Origin: an uncultured delta proteobacterium
Lineage (GTDB): Bacteria; Desulfobacterota; Syntrophobacteria; BM002
DNA: 64,000 bases
Direction: 5' to 3'
NCBI GenBank assembly: GCA_963712115.1
Contig: CAVQGX010000037.1
Location: 125,875 to 189,874, forward strand
Positions within the stretch are counted from its first letter, which is position 1. Every line of letters begins with the position of its first letter. The notes under the pieces were generated by a model. It worked only from the letters and a program-made list of their open reading frames with translations. It was not told the origin of the DNA and ran no database searches. Of this stretch, positions 42,909-51,918 are shown in pieces. The translations under genes were made by a program, and so were the position numbers.

Positions 42909-43292
42909 TTGCTTATGAAAAGAGGAAGGCTGAAGTTTCTATTTTTGATCATAACTTGCTTTTTCATGCTAAAGGGCTTGGTACACAGTAGCCTTGGAGA
43001 CCACTCGATTACTGCGAGGACCGATGGCTCCTTAAAAGAACACAATTTTACCACAACATCAGAATCCGATGAGATAGCTGTGGGCTCTGACCAGTATGAC
43101 GTGCAAATCGCCAATAATAACCTTAAAGTTTCTCCTGCGCACACAAGAGAGAACCCTATTGTAGAGGGGCCAAGCAATTCAGAGGTGGAAATTGATGAAG
43201 ATCAGAACAGTGGACCTGGAGTAGCAAGTTTTATATTATTTTTTGTAGTTATAGCCTGGCTTACCACTGCGGGGGGGCCAAAAGAGAATTAA
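42909..43292 (+). CDS. Small exported protein with a C-terminal transmembrane anchor
   Basis: RBS ggagtgg, signal-like N-terminus, acidic linker, hydrophobic tail SFILFFVVIAWL; flanked by a promoter and a hairpin. Confidence 0.65.
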   Translation: MLMKRGRLKFLFLIITCFFMLKGLVHSSLGDHSITARTDGSLKEHNFTTTSESDEIAVGSDQYDVQIANNNLKVSPAHTRENPIVEGPSNSEVEIDEDQNSGPGVASFILFFVVIAWLTTAGGPKEN

Positions 43293-43350
43293 CGGCTCAA
43301 ATCATTAGAGTTAGGCCGGCCCTTGCCACCAAGGGCACAGCTCATATAGT

Positions 43351-43381
43351 TTGGAGGGGAGTACTACTTACTCCCCTCCAA
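43351..43381 (+). terminator. Terminator-like hairpin
   Basis: ttggaggggagta-ctact-tactcccctccaa. Confidence 0.65.
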
Positions 43382-43726
43382 TGCTTTCGGCTGCAGGAGC
43401 TTCATAATCGTTAAAGGATGCTGTGACGCTATCTCGCCTACAATTAAATCATCACCTCTGAAAATATTCAAGTAAGCTTTATCGAATGCAAAACACCTAA
43501 TTCAGAGTTCAAATGGAGTAGCATGTAGTTAACAATAATTGAGCAAGATTTCGTTCTTATTTATTTATTAGTTTGATAACAAACTGTAGAGTAATTGTTT
43601 TTACTTACCAAGAAGTTGCAATTGTTTTCCACTTTTATGACAAATATTGCTTTGTTTTTCGAATCTAAATTCAGTTGATATTTTATAACATACTGCAATA
43701 ATTAAAAAAAATATTGCAATGGTTAT

Positions 43727-43742
43727 TGGCATGATCTTTGAT
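43727..43742 (+). promoter_or_regulatory. sigma54-like promoter of the RiPP operon
   Basis: TGGCATGATCTTTGAT (variant -12), with AT-rich upstream DNA. Confidence 0.55.
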
Positions 43743-43805
43743 ATAAATGTAGGTCGAGCATTAGGCTATATTTTCAGAAGAAACCACTTGGAGAAGAAGC
43801 GTTTG

Positions 43806-43983
43806 TTCTGATCGCAACATCAGGAAGCCCAGTTAAGTCCGGTACACCTAACTGGGCTCCAATGCAAACCCGTAACGTCGCCCAAAGGATTTGTCACGGG
43901 ACATGTTTATTAAATACCATAAGGCCAGATGTGTCAAGCCGTAAAAGGATGCTCTATTTGTGGCAAATGAGTGTCCTTTTTTT
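43806..43983 (+). ncRNA. Structured leader or sRNA: three hairpins plus an intrinsic terminator before the PqqD gene
   Basis: Stems at 43806-43825, 43826-43858 (agcccagtta/taactgggct) and 43869-43900; terminator aaaaggatgctc..gagtgtccttttttt at 43943-43983. Confidence 0.5.
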
Positions 43984-44061
43984 ATGTTATGTACACTACC
44001 TGATGGACGTAGGGGTTGTTAAGTGCATAAGAGTGGTTGCTCTTTAAAGAGGGAGTAAATA

Positions 44062-44337
44062 ATGAATGAAACTAAGCTATATCGTCGTAACCCTTCGGTC
44101 ATAAGCACCGAGTTAGACGGTGGCGCAATTCTCCTAAATCTTGATAACAAACATTACTACAATTTAAATGAGACTGCATTTCGAATCTGGCAAATTCTTG
44201 AAGAAACCGAAAGTACATTAGATTTGGCGAAACAGTTAGCTATTGAGTACCAGGTGGATCTAAGAACAGCCAGAGCAAGTTTGAATAGGATGATGGGGGA
44301 GTTTGAAAGGGAGGGCTTGACCCTAACCAAAAAGTAA
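44062..44337 (+). CDS. PqqD-family RiPP recognition element (lasso B1/E-like)
   Basis: ELDGGAILLNL..YYNLNETA.RIW, LAIEYQVD, EGL. Confidence 0.9.
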   Translation: MNETKLYRRNPSVISTELDGGAILLNLDNKHYYNLNETAFRIWQILEETESTLDLAKQLAIEYQVDLRTARASLNRMMGEFEREGLTLTKK

Positions 44338-44491
44338 TGTGGACATGCCACAATGAAAAATTTTGTCGAGAGTCTGTTTGAAGCACTCGAGGATCCACCC
44401 AGTAGCGGTGCCTCGTTTTGATAAGTTGAATGCGGGGAAAAGAATTATCTGTAACTCAAGCTTCCCATCTTAAATAAAGGAGGTGATTTGT

Positions 44492-44611
44492 TTGAAAGAT
44501 GACAAAAGAAAGAAATTTGTTGAACCTGAGCTAAATAAGTATGACAAGCGGTTAGATGAGGTGACTTTGTGTATTCCTCCCCCATATGGGTGGGACAACA
44601 AGCCACGGTAA
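44492..44611 (+). CDS. Lasso-type RiPP precursor, 39 aa: MKDDKRKKFVEPELNKYDKRLDEVTL-CIPPPYGWDNKPR
   Basis: Strong RBS aaggaggtga before TTG; FxxPxL leader motif, Thr at -2, Cys1 and Asp9 in the core; lies between the RRE and kinase genes; below the ORF-track cutoff. Confidence 0.8.
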   Translation: MKDDKRKKFVEPELNKYDKRLDEVTLCIPPPYGWDNKPR

Positions 44612-44707
44612 CCATATTTGGTCGAAAGCTGGAGAGAGGATCCTCGAGTGCTTTGCATCACCTTAACTTGATGATTGAGAAGGTGTTTGATTCTGTAGGG
44701 AGCGCAT

Positions 44708-45682
44708 GTGACGAGAACAGGTCTTTTCCTTGTTCAAGACCTAACCGTAAGAGTTGCGGTTGAGGAGGACCTGTACCCACTCGTCGCAGGCTACTTCAGT
44801 TCACTTTGTACCCAAGAAGGCCGCCCAGGAAAAAATTCCCTGGACTTGGGAATAAGCATAGAAAAAAAACCACCATCTATTCCTCCTGACTCAGTCTTGG
44901 CAATAAGAAAACCATTAACGACATCCTACATCAGAGGAAACGAAATCTACCTCACATCAGCAGATGGTTCGGTAATCCAATTGGATACGGAAGTTAGAAA
45001 ATCGCGGGCAATTTTTTCGAAAGAGATTTTAAATGACAAAGAAAAGTTGTTCATATTATTGGGAGGACTTCTGGTTGAAGTGCTGAGATACAACGGGCTC
45101 CATTTCTTACATTCTGCTGCTGTCAAAAATAATGGCATAAGTCTTCTAATCTCTGGGGATGGTGGGAGTGGAAAGACAACGGCATCGTTAAGTTTGGTTA
45201 ACGAGGGTTTCAAATACGTGTCAGATGATTCTATTTTCATTAGGGAAGAAAGTGCAGAGATAATTGTTTATCCCCTGTACAGAGCCTTCAATATCGATAG
45301 AGATTTGTCAAAACGTTTTCCAAACCTAATCAAAGAAAGAATACGGCCGATACCCAAAGGAGTGAAGCTGTCAGTAGATATTTCAAAAATTTATCCATAT
45401 TCCTTTACTCCATTCATGAGACCAAATGTGATCATTTTTCCGAAAATAACACCTCTGCGAAAGAGCGCGGTGCACCCTCTCAGCCAAGTCGAAATCTACG
45501 ACAGACTGCTTAGGCAGACCGTCCTGGCAATTGACAATGAAATAGCCAAAAACCAACTGCTATCATTAGAAACATTGGTAAAACAAGCAGCTGGATATGA
45601 ACTCCTCAGCGGTAAGGACATATACGAAGATTCTTCAAAATACATTGACCTTATCACCGAATTAGAAGGCCAATTGACCTGA
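44708..45682 (+). CDS. HPr-kinase-like RiPP kinase
   Basis: LHSAAV, Walker A GDGGSGKTT, YVSDD; gene context as in paeninodin-type clusters. Confidence 0.85.
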   Translation: MTRTGLFLVQDLTVRVAVEEDLYPLVAGYFSSLCTQEGRPGKNSLDLGISIEKKPPSIPPDSVLAIRKPLTTSYIRGNEIYLTSADGSVIQLDTEVRKSRAIFSKEILNDKEKLFILLGGLLVEVLRYNGLHFLHSAAVKNNGISLLISGDGGSGKTTASLSLVNEGFKYVSDDSIFIREESAEIIVYPLYRAFNIDRDLSKRFPNLIKERIRPIPKGVKLSVDISKIYPYSFTPFMRPNVIIFPKITPLRKSAVHPLSQVEIYDRLLRQTVLAIDNEIAKNQLLSLETLVKQAAGYELLSGKDIYEDSSKYIDLITELEGQLT

Positions 45683-46158
45683 TGTCAAAAAAAAGAAAAA
45701 TTCATACTGATTTTTTTGGGAAAGTTTGGCTTTTAACAAAAATCTTCATACTAACGAGTCTTTTACCTCTACTTGTTAGATTTCTGTCATTACCGCAACT
45801 TATGCAATTACTCACGCCCAAAAGTATAAGAGTTGCGAAAAATATCGAGTTACAAAAATATAGAATTAAAAAATTTGTAGACTACATATTAAATAAAAAC
45901 ATTTTAATGTGGAAAAAAACGTGTCTGAAGCGATGCCTAATTCAATATTATTTTTTACGAAAAACAGGGTTACATGTTAAAATATTTTTTGGAGTGAGAT
46001 ATAAAAAATTATATCCTTACAGTTGTAACAAAAAAGAAATCGAAGGCCACTCATGGCTTGTATTAAACAATGATGTTTTTTTCAATGAAGATCGTGAGGA
46101 GGTAAAATCGTATAGTATAATATATTGTTTTCCACATGTTGAATTACAACGTTTTTGA
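45682..46158 (+). CDS. Lasso peptide B2-type leader protease (transglutaminase-like)
   Basis: CLKRCL...LR..G....FGVR...GHSWL with the catalytic Cys and His. Confidence 0.88.
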   Translation: MSKKRKIHTDFFGKVWLLTKIFILTSLLPLLVRFLSLPQLMQLLTPKSIRVAKNIELQKYRIKKFVDYILNKNILMWKKTCLKRCLIQYYFLRKTGLHVKIFFGVRYKKLYPYSCNKKEIEGHSWLVLNNDVFFNEDREEVKSYSIIYCFPHVELQRF

Positions 46159-46300
46159 CAAAAATAATTTAAAAAACTTTTGTTCAAGCAGTTATTAAAA
46201 ATCAACACGCATTATTTAGATAATAAAGTAAATTGTTAGTTTGTATAATATAATAATTTTCGATAACCATTTAGTCTTTTTTATATAAGGAGAATCTGAA

Positions 46301-47305
46301 TTGTCGTATGCAATTCAGACAAAAAATCTGGGTAAGAAGTTCACGGCAGGAAAGAGATACCGAGATCTATTGATGAATCCGTTCAAAACTGCTCAGATTA
46401 CGGCACTCCAAGGGATAAATATCGAAGTTAATAAGGGTGAAGTCTTTGGGCTGTTGGGACCAAATGGTGCAGGAAAAACCACGCTCATAAAAATCCTGTG
46501 CACATTAGTCCTACCAAGTGAAGGAAGTGCCTTCGTCAACGGGCTTGACGTGACGAAGCGCGAGGATATGGTTAAGCGATTAATTGGATACGTGATTAGC
46601 GAGGACCGAAGTTTTTTCTGGCGACTAACTGGAAGAGAAAATCTCAGCTTTTTCTCAGCGCTTAATAACCTCTCACGTGAGGAAAGCACCAAGCGGATAA
46701 ATGAGGTAACAGAACTAGTTGGGTTAAGTCATGATATTGATAATCCATTCAAAAACTACTCGTCAGGGACCAAACAAAAACTGGCTATTGCTAGAGGGAT
46801 GCTTACAGATCCAGAGATACTATTCCTGGATGAACCCACGAGGACTCTAGATCCAATCACAACGAGGAATTTGCGTGAATTTATCAGACAAATAATTGTG
46901 AAGGAGCAACGAAAAACGGTAATCGTCGCTACAAACAATATGCAAGAGGCAGAGGAATTATGTGATCGAATTGCAATCTTGAGAAAAGGAAGATTGATGC
47001 TTTGCGAGTCAGTTAAGAATGCCAAGGTTGCTTTTAACGGTGGCAGTAGATACATAATCAAATTAAAAGAGAATTGTCATGATATTCATCGAAAACTTCA
47101 GTCACACATTTTAGGTGCTAAAATTGTTAATTCGAGTCGTGAATTTTCCGACCTTAGTGGCTCTGTGCTTACTGTAGAAGTTGAAACCAAAAATGGCAAC
47201 ATATCCGAGATAATTAAAGCCATTGTCTTATCTGGCATCAGGGTAGAGACATTCAGTCCCAAGAGATCTTCTCTTGATGAAATCTTTGCGAAAATTGTTG
47301 AATAG
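46301..47305 (+). CDS. ABC transporter ATP-binding protein
   Basis: GPNGAGKTT, YSSG.KQKL, FLDEPT. Confidence 0.95.
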   Translation: MSYAIQTKNLGKKFTAGKRYRDLLMNPFKTAQITALQGINIEVNKGEVFGLLGPNGAGKTTLIKILCTLVLPSEGSAFVNGLDVTKREDMVKRLIGYVISEDRSFFWRLTGRENLSFFSALNNLSREESTKRINEVTELVGLSHDIDNPFKNYSSGTKQKLAIARGMLTDPEILFLDEPTRTLDPITTRNLREFIRQIIVKEQRKTVIVATNNMQEAEELCDRIAILRKGRLMLCESVKNAKVAFNGGSRYIIKLKENCHDIHRKLQSHILGAKIVNSSREFSDLSGSVLTVEVETKNGNISEIIKAIVLSGIRVETFSPKRSSLDEIFAKIVE

Positions 47306-47313
47306 GGAGTTTT

Positions 47314-48126
47314 ATGGCATATCTTAGAAAACCACTAGCTTTCCTATATAAGGATTTTTTAAGTCAGGCGAGTTACAAGCTAGCATTTATTTCTGAAATG
47401 TTTGGTATATTTCTTTCAGCTTTGGCTTGGTTTTTCTTGTCAAAAATATTCGGAGAAGCCGTTTCGCCACATCTCAAATCTTATGGTGGTGATTATTTTT
47501 CCTTCGTTCTCATCGGTGTAGCTTTTAGCAGTTATTTACAGGTAGCGCTAAATAGTTTCGCAACTAATATAAGGAACGCACAAACTTTGGGCACACTGGA
47601 AGCAATGTTGGTTACGCAGACCAGACTTTCAACATTAATTTTCTCCTCTTCACTATATAGTTTTTTATTCACTTCACTCAGAGTAGTCGTTTATTTGCTT
47701 ATAGGTGCTTTTGTTTTTGGTGTGCACATCGGTGGGGGTAATTACTCAGCGGCATTACTAGTCTTGCTACTTACTGTGACGTGTTTTAGCAGTATGGGTA
47801 TAATGTCTGCTAGTGTTATTATGGTGATAAAGAAAGGCAATCCCTTGAACTGGATCTTTATTAATTTATCGTGGTTAGTTGGTGGAGTGTATTATCCTAT
47901 TACGGTTTTGCCTGATTGGCTAAAAAAAATATCGTATTTTTTGCCCATAACCTATGCATTGGAGGGTATGCGAATGGCTCTCCTAAAGGGATCAAGTTTA
48001 ATGTCATTGTTACCCACCGTAATTCCCTTGGTTATTTTTTCGGCTTTTATGTTGCCAGTTAGTTTGGGTGTTTTTAGCTTAGCTGTTAAGAGGGCAAAGA
48101 TCGAAGGCTCTTTAATACAATATTAA
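47314..48126 (+). CDS. ABC-2 type permease
   Basis: GTLE, GGVYYP..VLP.WL..IS..LP.TY. Confidence 0.9.
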   Translation: MAYLRKPLAFLYKDFLSQASYKLAFISEMFGIFLSALAWFFLSKIFGEAVSPHLKSYGGDYFSFVLIGVAFSSYLQVALNSFATNIRNAQTLGTLEAMLVTQTRLSTLIFSSSLYSFLFTSLRVVVYLLIGAFVFGVHIGGGNYSAALLVLLLTVTCFSSMGIMSASVIMVIKKGNPLNWIFINLSWLVGGVYYPITVLPDWLKKISYFLPITYALEGMRMALLKGSSLMSLLPTVIPLVIFSAFMLPVSLGVFSLAVKRAKIEGSLIQY

Positions 48127-48212
48127 TATTATGATTGGACGAATTATCTTTTTTGGTTTCTTTGATAAACAATAATTCATCTTGATAGGAAATGAAAACC
48201 TCGTAATTCCCC

Positions 48213-49562
48213 TTGTGTGAAACGATGACGCGGTCACGGAGAAAGGGCGAACAAGTGCTGAGCAGAAATGCAGTTCATGGTGGTAGGATAGAGCATGAAC
48301 TCCTTCTTGCTTGTGCTAGGGTTAAAGTCGAGCATGAGACAGTTGATGAAATTAGGGTATATCTTAGCGAACACATTGATTGGGAATATTTAATTCGGAT
48401 AGCCCTTAGACATGGAGTTATCCCTCTATTGTCCCGGAACTTGGCCAAGACCTTCCCGGAGGTTCTACCTGGGGACGTTAAGGACCGTCTAGGTAAGTAT
48501 TTCTTAACGAACGCCCAACGTAATCTTCTTTTGACGGGCGAAATGCTAAAGGTACTAGATCTTTTCGAGGCACAAGGGATCTTGGCCATACCTTTCAAGG
48601 GACCTGTGCTGGCATCTCTAGCTTATGGTGACCAGTCGTTGCGACAGTTCTCAGATTTAGATATCTTGATCCGTGAACGATTCGTTCCAACTGCCAGAGA
48701 CTTGCTTATTTCAATGGGCTACAGGCCTGATCCTGAACATCAACTGGACTTTGAGGCTCACTTTTTTCATCCTGAAAGCCTCTGCGTGCTAGATCTTCAC
48801 TGGGGCATCACCTACAAAAACATCAACAGAGGAAAGGATGCCTCCTTTGCTATAGATCTTGAGGGCGTATGGGAACGTGCCAAGAACATTTCTTTTGCTG
48901 GAAGGAGAGTGCTCCACTTTTCACCAGAAGATTTGCTGATGATCCGATGTCAGGACGCTGCGAAGGAGTACTGGAAAGATTCCTGGCCCCAACTCAAGTG
49001 GATTTGTGATGTCGCAAGAATAATCCGTACATATCAAGACATGGATTGGGGGCTAGTATTTGAGGAAGCCAAGAGTCGAGGTAATCAAAGATTACTATCA
49101 CTTTGCCTTTTACTAGCAAAAAATCTTCTCAATGCAACCATACCCGATGTTGTTCTGCAAAATCTAAAAAACGATTCTCAAGTAGCTTCTCTTACCTCCG
49201 ATGTGGGTGAGCTGCTTTTCCGTGAACCCGGTTCCCCGAATCGGTTCCTTGATCGTAAGTCTGGGTTTTTGGCACGGAACCTATTCTGTATCAGGTTAAA
49301 AGAACGCCCGCGAGATAGATGGGCGTACTATTTGCGCTTTTTGGAAGAATATCGTTGCAGTGCCTGCGAAGCAATAAAGAGTAAAGAGTCCCGAGACCTC
49401 CTGTTAGTGCCCGTATCTTTGCCATACTTACATCATCTTCTAGCCTTTCTCTACTATTTATTTTGGCCAATCTGGCGTAGTGGAAGGTATGGGGTAGGGC
49501 GGTTGAAGCTCATCAGGAAAATGCTGAAGACTCGAAGGTTGCAATCAATTGAGGGAAGTTGA
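48213..49562 (+). CDS. Nucleotidyltransferase (NTP_transf_5 family)
   Basis: IDW..L...A.RHGV.PL, FKGPVLA..AY...LRQFSDLDIL, DLHW, LKWICD. Confidence 0.88.
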   Translation: MCETMTRSRRKGEQVLSRNAVHGGRIEHELLLACARVKVEHETVDEIRVYLSEHIDWEYLIRIALRHGVIPLLSRNLAKTFPEVLPGDVKDRLGKYFLTNAQRNLLLTGEMLKVLDLFEAQGILAIPFKGPVLASLAYGDQSLRQFSDLDILIRERFVPTARDLLISMGYRPDPEHQLDFEAHFFHPESLCVLDLHWGITYKNINRGKDASFAIDLEGVWERAKNISFAGRRVLHFSPEDLLMIRCQDAAKEYWKDSWPQLKWICDVARIIRTYQDMDWGLVFEEAKSRGNQRLLSLCLLLAKNLLNATIPDVVLQNLKNDSQVASLTSDVGELLFREPGSPNRFLDRKSGFLARNLFCIRLKERPRDRWAYYLRFLEEYRCSACEAIKSKESRDLLLVPVSLPYLHHLLAFLYYLFWPIWRSGRYGVGRLKLIRKMLKTRRLQSIEGS

Positions 49563-49733
49563 GGGAAGCTCTTTGGCCACCACTGCGAAAGCAAACAGAG
49601 GCTTGAGGCTAATATTTTCAGTGCTTGAACTTGTTTCGCGCTTGAAGCTTCGTAATCGGTGATGAGAATACAGCTTTTGCCCGTTGATGAACAGGTTGTT
49701 GCCCAAATATGACTTGCCAATTTGCAGGTCGAA

Positions 49734-49757
49734 TCGCGGCTTAAAGCCGCTCCCACA
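49734..49757 (-). repeat. REP-like palindrome between convergent genes
   Basis: Minus strand tGTGGGAGCGGCTTTAAGCCGCGA (GTRG-type REP). Confidence 0.55.
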
Positions 49758-49760
49758 GGA

Positions 49761-51308
49761 TCAGGTGGAATAATGCTGTTTGAATAAGTGAAATACTGCA
49801 AGCATGACTAACCCTAGTACAAAGGGAAACGATAATACCCAATATCCTTTTAAGAACATGTAGCTGAAACCTACCAGAGGCATGAGGGCTAGACGGACTG
49901 CAGGTTTCAAGTATTCATGGACCTCAATGAAATCTGCCGCCTGAGGACCAGAGCGGTAATACGGTTTTACAAACCACTTTCCTGGTGCATTATTCAGTAG
50001 ATGCTTATCCCTGAAGTCTCTAAGAAGTTTTACGTTTGGCTCCATATAAGAACCGAAGGCAGCAGTGGCGATAAAGCAGGAGGAATTGACTGCACCTGAA
50101 TCTCTATTTTCGATTACAAGTGCACTGGGGTCCATTATGATACCGTTAGCAACACCGTCTACATCCCCGTAGTCGCCATCTTTTAGCTCAACTGTCACCG
50201 ATTTTCCTTGTTCACCGAAAGTGCAGTAGTGGGTGTAATCATACCAACCACGGATTGAATCGTATTTATAGAATCGGTGACCCGTCGATACATTATCCGA
50301 AAAATAGATTGTCACTTTAGCCACAGCACCCGGCTGGTCCAGGATTAAACGATAGGCCATGAGGCCGACCGAGATGTCACCAGGGGCGTTATGATCTTCC
50401 ATGACCGTTGCAGGATCTATGATGTCCACCGCCTCAATCGCTTGAATGGATTCCGAAGCCTTACCGATGCCGATCACAGTAGTGCCGTCGATGGATTTCA
50501 CAGACTTTATTACCTCAGGTTGAAGGACGTCATCGACTCCGTCTTCGTTCAGGTCCACACCATAGTCAACTTCCTGTTCATCGGGAATGCCGTTGTCATC
50601 CAGGTCTTTGTTGGTTGCGGTAGTGGTAAACTCAATCCACTCTGACCAGCCTGAATCCGCATCATGACTATCGTAATGTTGAACTCGAACGTAATACGTA
50701 CTGTACTCATCTAACACCATTAAGGGAACAGACAGACTGGTGAGATGCTGAATTGTACGGGCATCGAGAAGCAGGGAAGAAGAACTCGGCAATTCACTGA
50801 TCTGCCAGCGACTGGACAAATGTGAGTCATCGTCCGGATCTACAAAAGGCTCCGTTGTGATAACAGGAGTAAGTTCACATTCGTGTTGTCCCGGGTAGGG
50901 CGAGATTATAAGCGGCTCATCGGGAGGCATATTAAAGCCTGGCGAATCGCTCCAGCAAACTTCATTGGAATCATCACTTTCGTTACCGGAAATGTCAAAG
51001 GCCCTGACCACGAAACAGTAGTTTGTCTGATCTTCGAGTTTGTCAACCGTGCAGGTTGTTTCGGTGCCAACCCATATCGGATTTGTATAATCATAAGGTT
51101 GAGATTGCTTGCGGTAGAACATTTTGTAACCGCCTAGTTCCGGGTGAATAACCGGATCCCAAATCAGAGAGACCTCTGAGGCATAAGCGGCTCTGGTGGA
51201 ATGGAAGAACACTGATAAAAATAAGGTACAAACTAAGATCAATCTGAAAAGGGCGGGTGATTGCGATCTCTTCCGCTTTGATATTGGGTGATGAGAAATG
51301 CTCTTCAT
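49761..51308 (-). CDS. Secreted FN3 + FN3-like + choice-of-anchor U domain protein with CFI-box-CTERM
   Basis: Signal peptide; VSLIWDP FN3; [20 protein letters not shown]; [12 protein letters not shown]...LRDFRD...TM tail. Confidence 0.85.
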   Translation of the reverse strand: MKSISHHPISKRKRSQSPALFRLILVCTLFLSVFFHSTRAAYASEVSLIWDPVIHPELGGYKMFYRKQSQPYDYTNPIWVGTETTCTVDKLEDQTNYCFVVRAFDISGNESDDSNEVCWSDSPGFNMPPDEPLIISPYPGQHECELTPVITTEPFVDPDDDSHLSSRWQISELPSSSSLLLDARTIQHLTSLSVPLMVLDEYSTYYVRVQHYDSHDADSGWSEWIEFTTTATNKDLDDNGIPDEQEVDYGVDLNEDGVDDVLQPEVIKSVKSIDGTTVIGIGKASESIQAIEAVDIIDPATVMEDHNAPGDISVGLMAYRLILDQPGAVAKVTIYFSDNVSTGHRFYKYDSIRGWYDYTHYCTFGEQGKSVTVELKDGDYGDVDGVANGIIMDPSALVIENRDSGAVNSSCFIATAAFGSYMEPNVKLLRDFRDKHLLNNAPGKWFVKPYYRSGPQAADFIEVHEYLKPAVRLALMPLVGFSYMFLKGYWVLSFPFVLGLVMLAVFHLFKQHYST

Positions 51309-51368
51309 GAGAGATTACCTCTGAGGGTGAACTACAGTCCTCAGGAGGTAATCTACTGACTGTATTCA

Positions 51369-51458
51369 CCCGGCAGCCCTGCCACCATCTCCCGAGAATC
51401 CGGGACTTAGGCCAGTAGCTTTGCGTCGCACCCTTTCGAGTGGTTTGCCTTTTTCGGG
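51369..51458 (-). ncRNA. c-di-GMP-I (GEMM) riboswitch
   Basis: Minus strand aaaGGCAAACCactcGAAAgggtgcGACGCAAAGCtactGGCCTAAg...atGGTGGCAGGGCTGCCG, matching the consensus. Confidence 0.92.
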
Positions 51459-51557
51459 CTCTATTTTTTATTCGTTATACACTGCGCCATGATGAGGCAA
51501 GAGATGAATGTTGCCGGATCAGGTCAGGATCCGCTTTATCCATTCAGGCTTATCTAG

Positions 51558-51573
51558 AGCAAATGGGATGCCA
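51558..51573 (-). promoter_or_regulatory. sigma54 promoter upstream of the riboswitch
   Basis: Minus strand TGGCATCCCATTTGCT, consensus match. Confidence 0.75.
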
Positions 51574-51814
51574 AGAAGTCTGAAGGAGGAAACGGACTGC
51601 TGTCTCCGGAAATGCTGGCAGGAGGATATGGTTGTAGGGGTCTGTTATTATTTATTTTTTCTAGTACGGAGGGATGTGAGTTTGAAGTCAGAAAACTAAT
51701 GATGGAAATGAGTAAGAGTATAATGCTGGTATATTGTTTTGTACGACAAGTGAAAAGATATATACTAATAAGTCTTTAGTAAAATGGCCGAACTGGAGGC
51801 TCCAACAACCAATT

Positions 51815-51889
51815 AGGGCGGGCGTAAAGCCCGCTCCTACGACATGCAGGTTGATACTTTTGGTAGGGGAGGGGGTTTATCCCCGCCCG
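51815..51889. repeat. Inverted pair of GTAG-type REP palindromes
   Basis: agggcgggcgtaaagcccgctcCTAC ... GTAGgggagggggtttatccccgcccg. Confidence 0.6.
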
Positions 51890-51918
51890 CAAAGAACTTA
51901 TAGAGGAGGCGGGAGTAT

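Noticed and set aside
43862-44047. 61-aa ORF in the RiPP leader
   Set aside because: Runs through hairpins and a terminator; no RBS or precursor motifs
44353-44421. 22-aa ORF MKNFVESLFEALEDPPSSGASF as a second precursor
   Set aside because: No clear RBS, no PxL motif or -2 Thr, and too short for leader plus core
44569-44763. 64-aa ORF overlapping the precursor and kinase
   Set aside because: Alternative frame without an RBS; the 44492 ORF explains the region better
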